A stretch of DNA of 64,000 nucleotides from a virus. The stretch spans positions 1-64,000 of IMG/VR virus record IMGVR_UViG_3300009151_000041, one strand, 5' to 3'. The position numbers and the translations under genes are program-made. The notes under the pieces were generated by a model, which saw only the letters and a list, made by a program, of their open reading frames with translations, was not told the DNA's origin and did not search any database. How positions within the stretch are numbered: the stretch's first letter is position 1; the number at the start of each line of letters is the position of its first letter. This document shows, one piece after another, positions 56,027 to 64,000 of the stretch.

Positions 56027-56749
56027 TCAATCCCAGAGGGCCTGGTAGTATTTGCCAAACAAGCGGAAGCCATTGTCAATCCGCGTTTGCACTACCTTCA
56101 TTCCTTCATAATCGCATTTGTAGGTGTCGTTGGGACCACGCCGCATTTCGGTGTACTTGTGATCGCCCTTGGCGACTTCGTTACCGTCTTTGTCCACAGG
56201 CACCCACAGTATGTCGTGTTCACCTTCACGGAAAGCATCTTCCCAAGAGTCATCAACCTTGCACTCAAACGCAAAGATCATTTCACTCATGGCCCAGTCC
56301 CAACGCTTGAAGTGGTTTTCATCTGTGTCCCACTCGTTCTTCTTGGGAGGTGCCGCAGTGCTTTTGAGTTCGTCAGGCACATCCTCATCGTCTACAAACG
56401 GGCTACCGTGTTTCTTTTCTTTGAGTTGTTTCAGCATGGGCAGAATGATAGGACTCAAGGTATGGTCCATGCTCCAGGTGTCATAGTGATCAATCTTTAC
56501 ATAGTTGATGGCTGGATGCACACGGTCCAGTACCCATTCAATGGCACGACTGATGGGTGCAAGTCGATCACTCCAACGTTCTGTCCACTCTGGACGTTCC
56601 ACATATTTGTGTTCACGCTCTTCGGCCAGTGAACGAATCACAGTGTTGTCTCGGGCGCATTTGGACCAGTCAGTCCACCAGAACATGTAGTCCAACATGG
56701 TGTAAGGTGAGATCCAGTGATCTCGATAACCGCTAATGTATACTTTCAT
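56027..56749 (-). CDS. Conserved phage hypothetical protein
   Basis: YDTWSMD.TL..II.PML, LFGKYYQALWD. Confidence 0.75.
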   Translation of the reverse strand: MKVYISGYRDHWISPYTMLDYMFWWTDWSKCARDNTVIRSLAEEREHKYVERPEWTERWSDRLAPISRAIEWVLDRVHPAINYVKIDHYDTWSMDHTLSPIILPMLKQLKEKKHGSPFVDDEDVPDELKSTAAPPKKNEWDTDENHFKRWDWAMSEMIFAFECKVDDSWEDAFREGEHDILWVPVDKDGNEVAKGDHKYTEMRRGPNDTYKCDYEGMKVVQTRIDNGFRLFGKYYQALWD

Positions 56750-56982
56750 TCTTGTTCTCCTAACATTCTATCCATTCTTTCTTTTAGTTTAGGACTCAAT
56801 CTACCTACACTGATCAATGTACTGTGTGCTGTGCCAGGATTGAATCCATACTTGATGCTGTGTATCAATTCTAAGTGTGCCGCACTGGCCAAGCCCAATG
56901 CTTCATCACGCTCACGCTCTGCAGACTCTACTCGTAGTTTAGCCCAATCTTCGGCAGCTTTAATTTGTTGTTCAGGAGTCAT
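56746..56982 (-). CDS. Hypothetical protein
   Basis: Coupled ORF. Confidence 0.5.
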   Translation of the reverse strand: MTPEQQIKAAEDWAKLRVESAERERDEALGLASAAHLELIHSIKYGFNPGTAHSTLISVGRLSPKLKERMDRMLGEQE

Positions 56983-56988
56983 TTACTT

Positions 56989-57195
56989 TTACCAACTTCC
57001 ATCATCTACCCAAAAACGCACAGTCAAACATAACCAACTTGCACGCCAGGTGCGTTCGTTGGGACTGGGCCAGCCATCATTGTACTCACGGCAAGCCCGC
57101 GGCACCAAGCTCCAATGCAGTGGGTTCAGTGAGAAAACCACCGAAGCACCACTGTATCGAATCCACTTTAGATATCTACTGTGATCAGTTGCCAT
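56989..57195 (-). CDS. Hypothetical Trp-rich protein
   Basis: Coupled ORF. Confidence 0.5.
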   Translation of the reverse strand: MATDHSRYLKWIRYSGASVVFSLNPLHWSLVPRACREYNDGWPSPNERTWRASWLCLTVRFWVDDGSW

Positions 57196-57989
57196 CTGTC
57201 TGCTGACTCCTCATAGTTGATATAGCCTCTTGGGTTGCACACCACCCGGGTGCTGCCAATCATGTAGTCAAAGTCATGATGTGTGTGCCCGTGTGTCCAC
57301 AGTCGAATCTGCGGATGGTCAATAATATAGTCATCAAGACTGCTGGAGTAGCCGCCGTTCATGATAGTGTCATCTGCATAACGCGGATGTGTAGATAATC
57401 TGCTGGGCGAATGATGCCCCACAATCACAAACTTTTGATCAAACTTGCCTTGGATGATTTCTTGTATATAACCCACAAATCTGCGATGTTCTTCAACTGC
57501 ATCTTCGGGCAAAAATCTAACATTAGTACCCAATGTGGTGTTGCGCACACATCGGAAGTCATTCATCATGCTCTTCATGTGATACAGTGTGATGGGATCT
57601 TCGTTGTTCATGTCTGTCCACAAGGTGCCACCAATGAATGTGACATCATCAATCTGTTTGATTTCATTGTCCAATAGGTAAACATTGCTCAAAAAATTAG
57701 ATTCCAACATGCTCTTGATAATATTGTAAGTGGTAGCAAAGTCTCCATGATAGTGTTCATGGTTGCCCAAGATATAAATCACATGCGGAAATTGAAACGA
57801 ACAGCGTTTGAAAAAATCCACAATTCTATTGCTTCTAGCACTTTCCAAAATACCGTGCGGGTCTGGACGGCCAATATCAGCCGCAACACAAATGTCACCT
57901 GAAAGGATTAACACATCAGCATGGTCGCTGTTGTCAAAATACAAGTCTCCAAATTCAAGATGCAGATCCGATGCTACGGCTATTTTCAT
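57168..57989 (-). CDS. Calcineurin-like metallophosphoesterase
   Basis: SDLHLE, GDI, GNHE, HH.P, HGHTH, NPRGY. Confidence 0.92.
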   Translation of the reverse strand: MKIAVASDLHLEFGDLYFDNSDHADVLILSGDICVAADIGRPDPHGILESARSNRIVDFFKRCSFQFPHVIYILGNHEHYHGDFATTYNIIKSMLESNFLSNVYLLDNEIKQIDDVTFIGGTLWTDMNNEDPITLYHMKSMMNDFRCVRNTTLGTNVRFLPEDAVEEHRRFVGYIQEIIQGKFDQKFVIVGHHSPSRLSTHPRYADDTIMNGGYSSSLDDYIIDHPQIRLWTHGHTHHDFDYMIGSTRVVCNPRGYINYEESADRWQLITVDI

Positions 57990-58362
57990 TCAGTTCTTTC
58001 AGTTGCTGTTTGAGTGTTTTTACGGCTGACTCATCACCATTGTAAATTGCGGCGCTTTTGCTAGGATACCTTTGCCGAAACCGTTCGCGTATTTCTTCTA
58101 GGTCTCGACCCTGACACACAAACACCATGGTCTGTGCATTGTAGCACAAAAACTGATCTCCGTCAACCTCTACTGTGAGTGCAATTAGCTTTTCCGCTTC
58201 AAGATCCTGGGCAATCTCGCCCAGTTCTTCTGTCAGTCGGGCTTCAATCCGGGCTTCGATTCGTCGAGCTATCCAAAACACCAACAGGTTGAATGCCATA
58301 ATGACCAGGGCCGTTACTGTTGAGACTTCGCCCAACCACATTAAAAATTCAGCAATTTCCAT
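57955..58362 (-). CDS. Membrane-anchored hypothetical protein
   Basis: N-terminal TM helix; TAAATA at 58367-58372. Confidence 0.6.
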   Translation of the reverse strand: MEIAEFLMWLGEVSTVTALVIMAFNLLVFWIARRIEARIEARLTEELGEIAQDLEAEKLIALTVEVDGDQFLCYNAQTMVFVCQGRDLEEIRERFRQRYPSKSAAIYNGDESAVKTLKQQLKELNENSRSIGSAS

Positions 58363-58375
58363 AATGTATTTACTT

Positions 58376-58690
58376 TCAGCCTCGCATGGATTCCAGGGTG
58401 ATCATCTTGCCCAACTCACGTTCAAAGTCCATTTCATCAGGAACCACATACAAACGGTGACTGTGGCGATCGGTCTTGTGATCATATTGACGGAATGTCA
58501 CAATCTTACCGCCCATGGCGTTGCGCACTGTGATATTGAGCCCTTGATCACTATCTACGTCTTCAGATGTTCTCAGCAGTCGAGACACTTTGCTTCCACG
58601 CACTGTGTCTGCTGGCATATTGCCATCACGGAGATCGCGATTGAAATCCCAACCCCACTTCATGATAAAATTCCAAATCAACCTAATCAT
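58376..58690 (-). CDS. Hypothetical protein
   Basis: ATGA-coupled. Confidence 0.6.
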   Translation of the reverse strand: MIRLIWNFIMKWGWDFNRDLRDGNMPADTVRGSKVSRLLRTSEDVDSDQGLNITVRNAMGGKIVTFRQYDHKTDRHSHRLYVVPDEMDFERELGKMITLESMRG

Positions 58691-59142
58691 ACCCCAGCCT
58701 TTCTTGTTGCCAAATATTGTTCCCACTGCACCCATTGATTACGAACCAAGAAGCCCCAGTCTCTTTGCTTGATACCGGGCATGAACAGAGTCCAACATTC
58801 CACATCAGGATCCAGCTCTACCCTGTGATAGGTGTTGGCACTGGCCCAACGGAATGATCCTGGCTTGCACCAACGAGCAATCTCGCCGATCTTTTCGCCC
58901 CGGGAATTGAACTGTGGGCGCCATTCCCAGTAACCACCTTTCAAGATCACGGTGGCAAACGGCCACGGATGGTCATGCACGTCGTCTGGATCTGACTTTA
59001 GAAACTTGTGTACAAACACATTGAATGGGAATCGTTTCCTGTCCTTGAGAAACACATAATAGCGTTCCAAGTAAGGCTCACCATGCACACGGTCCATGAT
59101 TATGCGATATCGACCCAAACGCTGGAAGAGTTTTTTAAGCAT
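58687..59142 (-). CDS. Cupin-fold protein
   Basis: H.F..SD..D.HDHPW, GGY.E, HRVEL, WTLF. Confidence 0.75.
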   Translation of the reverse strand: MLKKLFQRLGRYRIIMDRVHGEPYLERYYVFLKDRKRFPFNVFVHKFLKSDPDDVHDHPWPFATVILKGGYWEWRPQFNSRGEKIGEIARWCKPGSFRWASANTYHRVELDPDVECWTLFMPGIKQRDWGFLVRNQWVQWEQYLATRKAGV

Positions 59143-59148
59143 ATGATG

Positions 59149-59177
59149 ATTATACAATAAATTTCAATTTCAGTCAA
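59149..59177 (-). promoter_or_regulatory. sigma70-type promoter TTGACT-17-TATAAT
   Basis: Read directly; ATG 7 nt downstream. Confidence 0.8.
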
Positions 59178-59178
59178 G

Positions 59179-59205
59179 AAAAAACCCTACTAGATGTAGG
59201 GTTTT
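59179..59205. terminator. Rho-independent terminator
   Basis: AAAACCCTAC-TAGAT-GTAGGGTTTT. Confidence 0.8.
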
Positions 59206-59243
59206 GTCTGTGTGATCCTTGTGAACGGATCAGCGAGTTTGGT

Positions 59244-59513
59244 TCAAACGAGGCCCATGGCCAAAGCGCGATAGCCAGCAGCCACCAACTTGCGTGAAGG
59301 CTTACCAATCACATACTCAGTGACTTGCACGCCATTGCCAGCTTTACGGCTGTTGGCATAAACTGCAAAGCCAGCTTGACGAACACGAGACACTTCAGCC
59401 GAAATGTTCTTGATGCCAAAACGCTTTTCAGCTTGGCTGGCAGAAATTGCTTCACCGTTACGCAGAGCGTTGAACAGTTTAAAAGTTTTGGTTTCAGGAT
59501 TAAAACGCATCAT
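59244..59513 (-). CDS. Winged-helix DNA-binding protein
   Basis: L..G..IS..Q...RFG..N..A.VS.VR..G..VY pattern. Confidence 0.7.
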   Translation of the reverse strand: MMRFNPETKTFKLFNALRNGEAISASQAEKRFGIKNISAEVSRVRQAGFAVYANSRKAGNGVQVTEYVIGKPSRKLVAAGYRALAMGLV

Positions 59514-59727
59514 AATAAAATACCTTTCTTTAATGTAGCTGTGTTGCACAGCATTCCACTATTGTACGGAGTTTGTGTTAGAAACACAATACAGTTTGGC
59601 CCAACATTTGCCAAAATAAAATGTTTTGGCAATCTCTCCAAAACACGTAAACTCATTTGAGGGCTGCCGCGTTGTATATGTGTAGCAGGAAAGTTCTTGT
59701 TACAGTTTCAAATCAAAGGAGATTACT

Positions 59728-59925
59728 ATGAAACAATTGATCGCACTCATTGCCGCTGCTTTTGCAGTTACCGCTTTTGCAGCCGAACCTGCCAAGAAAG
59801 AAGAAAAGAAAGTAGAAGCCAAGCCTGCTGTCACTGCCCCTGCTCCTGCAGCCAGTGCTCCTGCCAAGGCCGATCCCAAAAGTGCACCGACTGGCGATAA
59901 AAAAGCCGAAGCTGCTAAGAAGTAA
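59728..59925 (+). CDS. Small secreted Ala/Lys/Pro-rich protein
   Basis: MKQLIALIAAAFAVTAFA signal peptide; AAGGAG RBS. Confidence 0.75.
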   Translation: MKQLIALIAAAFAVTAFAAEPAKKEEKKVEAKPAVTAPAPAASAPAKADPKSAPTGDKKAEAAKK

Positions 59926-60120
59926 TCCCTTAAGGTTCTCGTTAATTCGACTGCAAGGGGTTGATCCAACTCTAATTGAAGTCGATGACGAGGCCCTCTG
60001 TTGTGCTTATCGTAGAGCCAAGATCGTTCATGGTCAACCCGACCAAGATGATGAGTTGTCTGACTACGTAAGCACTCGATTACAACTGGCTCGGTACTTT
60101 GCCATCAAACGATACCAAGA

Positions 60121-60150
60121 AGTTTGGGGGTAATTCCCCAAACTTTTTTT
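60121..60150 (+). terminator. Rho-independent terminator
   Basis: AGTTTGGGG-GTAATT-CCCCAAACT followed by a T run. Confidence 0.8.
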
Positions 60151-60192
60151 GCCTTCATAAATACCTGTGCAAGGATAATAACAGCGTACATT

Positions 60193-60624
60193 ATGTTGCA
60201 TACCATAACAACCATTACCGAAGAAATTGTAAAACTGCTCAAGGACGATCCTGTTCGCCCTGAGATTCCTGTGAGTGACCGTATCAACAGCAACAGCAGA
60301 ATCTACATGCTCAAAGATGGAGACAAAACGCAGGCTATTACCTGTGTGAAGTTTTTGGATGTAATTCCTGCCGCAGTAGAGGACATGGCCGGCTTGGTTG
60401 AGAGCGCCACAACTGCGGTATTTTACACCATTTGGTCGTACACCGCTGGCTCAGGACGTGACTTGATCATAGCGGCCCAAAAGTCAATTGAGTCAGAGTT
60501 TCCGGGTATCCAAACCTATGTGACACTGAGTCCCAAGACCGAAATGGCTCGACGCTTTCACTTGAAGAACGGTGCCAGAGAATTGCGCGAAAATCCCGAT
60601 ACCATCAACTACATCTACAAGTGA
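60193..60624 (+). CDS. Conserved hypothetical protein (GNAT-like fold possible)
   Basis: DDPVRP, FYTIWSY..G.GR, TLSPKTEMA.RFH.KNGA; TAAATA at 60158-60163. Confidence 0.65.
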   Translation: MLHTITTITEEIVKLLKDDPVRPEIPVSDRINSNSRIYMLKDGDKTQAITCVKFLDVIPAAVEDMAGLVESATTAVFYTIWSYTAGSGRDLIIAAQKSIESEFPGIQTYVTLSPKTEMARRFHLKNGARELRENPDTINYIYK

Positions 60625-61298
60625 TACCAAATCAAAGCATTCAAGTAACAGATTACTTAACTTGGGAATCTTGCGATGACCCAAGATTCACTCATCTACC
60701 AGTTGACGCGCCTACACCCAGCAGGAATCATCTACCCAAATGGGTCAAAGAGTTGAGTGGGAACATAAGAGAATATCTTCCAGATGGATTTGCACAAGAT
60801 CACACCATAAGACACTGCTTGGGATTCCGTGGACTTATGGACATTGGATATACCATGCCTTTGCCCGAAGTGGTTGGCGGTGGTGATAGTGAATTTGCCC
60901 GGGGAAGATTACATCCAGAAATGATCCACGGAACTCCCTGGGCACAGACTTGGCCCACATGGGCACCATCAGATCATTGGGTAGATCCGGCCCACAATGC
61001 ACCAGATAGCAGTCCTTATCGGTACAGGCTGAAACTATTACATTGGGGGTGGCGTGCCAAAATGGCACCAGGATGGCGATTGCTCACGCTGCCCACGTTG
61101 TGGGATTGGAGTGAAGATTTCAATACATTTTCTGGTGCACAGTCTGCCAATTTAGAAAGCAGTGCTTGCATTTACAGCATTCCAATTGATCCTGCCTACT
61201 GTTATTACAACATAGAAACTGTGATGGCCATTCGCAGAGATAGAATGATACCCAAGGGCGCCATCACTTTTTGTGTGGTACCAATTTACCAGCCATAA
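60621..61298 (+). CDS. Hypothetical protein
   Basis: LP.W.K, TIRHC.G..G...GY, IPKG motifs. Confidence 0.6.
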   Translation: MIPNQSIQVTDYLTWESCDDPRFTHLPVDAPTPSRNHLPKWVKELSGNIREYLPDGFAQDHTIRHCLGFRGLMDIGYTMPLPEVVGGGDSEFARGRLHPEMIHGTPWAQTWPTWAPSDHWVDPAHNAPDSSPYRYRLKLLHWGWRAKMAPGWRLLTLPTLWDWSEDFNTFSGAQSANLESSACIYSIPIDPAYCYYNIETVMAIRRDRMIPKGAITFCVVPIYQP

Positions 61299-61375
61299 GT
61301 AATCATGCTCGTGTAGCAATCCGGTCCTGCAAGGGGCGGGACCGGATAACACACATCACACACAAGGAGAATAAC

Positions 61376-61603
61376 ATGAGCAAAACACCTTACGAGATCC
61401 GTCTTGAACTTCTTACCTTGGCCAAGGAAATCCTCCAGGCGCCAATTTACGAAAAACGCAGTGAACTGACCAATGAATATCATTCCAAGTTGACCGACGC
61501 TAATCGTGGAAGCCTTTCGTTCCCAACCATGCCAGACTTTCCGTCCACAACGGATATTATCAACAAGGCAGAAGAACTCAAGAAGTTTGTAGACCAAGCA
61601 TAA
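61376..61603 (+). CDS. Conserved hypothetical protein
   Basis: TPYEIRLELL.LA...P...DII.KA..L..FV; AAGGAG RBS. Confidence 0.75.
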   Translation: MSKTPYEIRLELLTLAKEILQAPIYEKRSELTNEYHSKLTDANRGSLSFPTMPDFPSTTDIINKAEELKKFVDQA

Positions 61604-61627
61604 AAAAAGCCCCGCAAGGGGCTTTTT
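61602..61627. terminator. Bidirectional terminator
   Basis: AAAAAGCCCC-GCAA-GGGGCTTTTT between convergent genes. Confidence 0.9.
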
Positions 61628-61645
61628 AGTTTGCGCTATCGGAGT

Positions 61646-61876
61646 TTACTTCTTGTTGAAGGACCAATAGATCACTGCCAATGCCACCAAACCAACCAAA
61701 CCTTGAGAGCCAAGGGCACCCACGAATTTGATAAGACTTGCGGTCACATCGATTGCCAAGAACGGAACTGCGGCACCAAAAAGGATTTGCAGAATGACGC
61801 CAGCGGCAATCAACTTGATGCCGATATCAATAATACCGACCAATAGGCCATTGGCCTTAGATAACACATTGTCCAT
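61646..61876 (-). CDS. Small membrane protein
   Basis: Two hydrophobic segments; AAGGAG RBS; TAAATA at 61921-61926. Confidence 0.7.
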   Translation of the reverse strand: MDNVLSKANGLLVGIIDIGIKLIAAGVILQILFGAAVPFLAIDVTASLIKFVGALGSQGLVGLVALAVIYWSFNKK

Positions 61877-61980
61877 AAAATAGACTCCTTAAAAAAACAA
61901 GCCTAGGGCCTGCGGACAAATATTTAAGGAAGCAAAAGGAAACCCGCATATTTCAGCGGGCTTTTTGGGTGGTTTGGCCA

Positions 61981-62331
61981 TTAACTGCGCAGTTCTTTCA
62001 CATGCTTGCAGTCCCCACGGAATCGAAATCCTGAGCAGGTGCAAGACCAATCACCACGCACCTCATTCACTTGGTAGGTGTCGCCCTTGCTACCTTTCAC
62101 CGTCCATGTACGGCCTTCGGGTTCGGGTGCAGACACTTGGGTTTTAAACTGCACAGGATTCACCACAAACTTGCGCCCACGCATGTCCATGCGGATGGGA
62201 TTTCGAAACACCTTGATGGCTTCTGTGCCCCGGGCTCGGAAAGCATACATCTTGCTCTTGCCATCATCCAGCAGGTAGATGCCGTTGGGTACAGAGTCTT
62301 TCCAATCGGTTGTTTCAGCAAACCATTTCAT
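61981..62331 (-). CDS. SWIM zinc-finger protein
   Basis: WSCTCSGFRFRGDCKH. Confidence 0.8.
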   Translation of the reverse strand: MKWFAETTDWKDSVPNGIYLLDDGKSKMYAFRARGTEAIKVFRNPIRMDMRGRKFVVNPVQFKTQVSAPEPEGRTWTVKGSKGDTYQVNEVRGDWSCTCSGFRFRGDCKHVKELRS

Positions 62332-62639
62332 TCTTCTTCCAATCCAAAATGACTCAAAATCTGATTGCGAACTTCGTAGTTGCCGTCAGCATATTGCTCA
62401 CCAATGTCGGCACATTTCTGCACAATCAACTCGGCGAACTTTTCTACACTCTCAAGTATTTTTAACCCACCACGACCGTCATCCGATCCATTCCAATGTT
62501 GAGATTCTTCCCATAGTTGTTTAATTCGTTCGTTCATTCGGGGTTTGAGTTTGGGGGCATATGGTCCCCGACTACACACATGAGCCACATCAAAGTCTGG
62601 GTAGGTATCCGCACAATGCGGGCAGGTGATTTGTTTCAT
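62328..62639 (-). CDS. Hypothetical protein (Cys/His N-terminus)
   Basis: CPHC...HVC, MNERIK.L, KFAELIV. Confidence 0.6.
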   Translation of the reverse strand: MKQITCPHCADTYPDFDVAHVCSRGPYAPKLKPRMNERIKQLWEESQHWNGSDDGRGGLKILESVEKFAELIVQKCADIGEQYADGNYEVRNQILSHFGLEEE

Positions 62640-62900
62640 TTTGCCATGATCCTTGCTAAAACTTCACGGGCCTGGGAGAGGTCTCGGATGGGGAACTCCA
62701 TGGGTTCCCAGGCAGTGTAGGGCTGTGTCCAGCGGATGGTGTAGAGTGTCATGGTTTAGATTCCGGTATGAAACGGGTTGCGTTTGCGAAGATGAGCCAG
62801 TGCGGCCTCTTTGGTTTCAAACCTGCCACTGATGGGTGTTTGGTGTGCGCCGCGCACAATGAACCAACCTCCAAGTATACCATTGTAAACAACTTTCATA

Positions 62901-63176
62901 TCACATGCTCCAGTAGGATTCTGACGAGGGCGAGCAGAAGTAAGGCGTGTTCACATCTTCCATGAACTTCTTGCCAGTCATGATGTTGGTGCGTTCTACC
63001 ATAGGGGCTTGGTAGTGCTTGGTGTCCACAATGGTCAAGTCATTCACTGACCAACCTGCCTTGCGGCAAAGACGGGTGCGGGTGGCACGAGCGGCACCAA
63101 AAGTTTTGTATGCACGGGTTCGGTGGGGACCGTCTGTAACGATGAGTCCGGTACCTTTTGCGACTATGTAAAACAT
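62901..63176 (-). CDS. Hypothetical early protein
   Basis: TP..CSPSSE.YWSM; promoter plus RBS. Confidence 0.65.
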   Translation of the reverse strand: MFYIVAKGTGLIVTDGPHRTRAYKTFGAARATRTRLCRKAGWSVNDLTIVDTKHYQAPMVERTNIMTGKKFMEDVNTPYFCSPSSESYWSM

Positions 63177-63206
63177 TCTGGCTCCTTTGTTGCTGTCTAT
63201 GTGTGT

Positions 63207-63235
63207 ATTATAGCAGTTTGGGAATTATTGGTCAA
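63207..63235 (-). promoter_or_regulatory. Early promoter repeat TTGACC-17-TATAAT
   Basis: Read directly. Confidence 0.88.
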
Positions 63236-63258
63236 CCGAAAAAACTAGTACTAAAGTA

Positions 63259-63657
63259 TTAGTCTATAGCCCTGCGAAACACAATTTCCTGCTGGGCAAA
63301 GGCCTGAAGTTCCCAGGGCTGTTGCAGGTATGGTGTTTTCTTTGAGTAGAATCGGCCCTGCCAAGTGCGGCCTCGGGGCGTGATTTTTAGCACACCCCGG
63401 GCCAACTGCCGTACATGCACCAGTTCGTGGGCCAGGGTAGAACCCAGTGTATGCAGGTTCCGTGAGGGTTTAATCACCACAAGATAAGTGTCAATGCCCG
63501 GCATGGGCACAGTGGTTCCCATGTCCTTGAGCTCCGGGTCCATCTTAACCATTAACAATTTTTTACTGTTAGTAAGTCCCAACTGACTTAACATGCTGGG
63601 CAAGATACTTTCAATAAACTTTTTGGTCTTGGGACCTGCTTCGACATAAAATTCCAT
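63259..63657 (-). CDS. HExxH zinc metallopeptidase-like protein
   Basis: TLAHELVH..Q, PWE..A. Confidence 0.75.
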   Translation of the reverse strand: MEFYVEAGPKTKKFIESILPSMLSQLGLTNSKKLLMVKMDPELKDMGTTVPMPGIDTYLVVIKPSRNLHTLGSTLAHELVHVRQLARGVLKITPRGRTWQGRFYSKKTPYLQQPWELQAFAQQEIVFRRAID

Positions 63658-63682
63658 AGGTGCCTTTGCGTTGTAAGTGCTG

Positions 63683-63711
63683 ATTGTAGCAGATTAAGAT
63701 TTATTGGTCAA
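63683..63711 (-). promoter_or_regulatory. Early promoter TTGACC-17-TACAAT
   Basis: Read directly. Confidence 0.75.
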
Positions 63712-63939
63712 TTACAACCAAAGTTTTACCACCAAGCCGGTGGTGTAAATCACTAATACTATGGCATTAACTGCTATCAAACTGGCTTCACGCCACATGA
63801 TGCTGACTACAAGCCACAGCACCGTTCCAATGTTTAGCAAGATTGGACCCAAAGGATAGATGTTGAGTGACGTACAAAGTGCCCCTGCACAGATTACTGT
63901 GGTGGCAGCCCACTTGATGTACCAATCTAATTTCTTCAT
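63712..63939 (-). CDS. Small multi-pass membrane protein
   Basis: KW.AT...GA...S.NIYP...W....W.E. Confidence 0.7.
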   Translation of the reverse strand: MKKLDWYIKWAATTVICAGALCTSLNIYPLGPILLNIGTVLWLVVSIMWREASLIAVNAIVLVIYTTGLVVKLWL

Positions 63940-63945
63940 AGACTA

Positions 63946-63974
63946 ATTATAACAGTTTGGGAATTATTGGTCAA
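63946..63974 (-). promoter_or_regulatory. Early promoter repeat TTGACC-17-TATAAT
   Basis: Nearly identical to the copy at 63207; ATG 7 nt downstream. Confidence 0.85.
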
Positions 63975-64000
63975 CCAACCATTATCTATTAGTAGAAACC

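Noticed and set aside
1-64000. Stop-codon reassignment as seen in some jumbo phages
   Set aside because: Recognisable genes are full length in code 11, and TAA, TAG and TGA all end genes.

Overview
This 64 kb window is a segment of a large lytic myovirus-type (jumbo, T4/RaK2-like) phage genome, read in the standard genetic code with most genes on the minus strand. Two Bug/TctC-family periplasmic binding proteins suggest a Gram-negative, possibly betaproteobacterial, host (inference). Layout: 1-8.3 kb holds virion-accessory paralogs sharing an N-terminal GGI-x-x-GGG-I peptide, a GH19 endolysin, a spanin pair and a modular head-like protein. 8.3-20.6 kb holds a kinase/nucleotidyltransferase-sulfotransferase-methyltransferase-TctC cluster, a radical SAM enzyme, PhoH, an HAD nucleotidase, a clamp loader, GroES and a DnaE fragment. 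20.7-37.7 kb holds baseplate and tail-fibre genes. 37.7-47 kb holds host-like accessory genes (ErpA, Fe/Mn SOD, IF-1, TctC, SleB, NadE, twitch radical SAM, YccA, Hc1-like). 47-64 kb is an early region of small ORFs driven by repeated near-consensus sigma70 promoters. The main leads are: (1) a DGQHR/ParB + HNH-like + GIY-YIG-like three-gene operon; (2) an in-frame cassette bounded by 16-bp direct repeats encoding QGVAE in a putative capsid-packaged protein, plus a SOD with a similar putative capsid-targeting leader; (3) a shared N-terminal anchor family carrying swappable LamG, Hint, propeller and Gly-rich payloads; (4) a kinase-HxGH fusion next to a sulfotransferase-like gene; (5) leaderless transcripts from both promoter classes together with a phage IF-1; (6) a TACT-N2-AGTA palindrome next to early promoters. 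No tRNA, rRNA, CRISPR array or integrase was seen. All family assignments come from motif recognition, not database searches.
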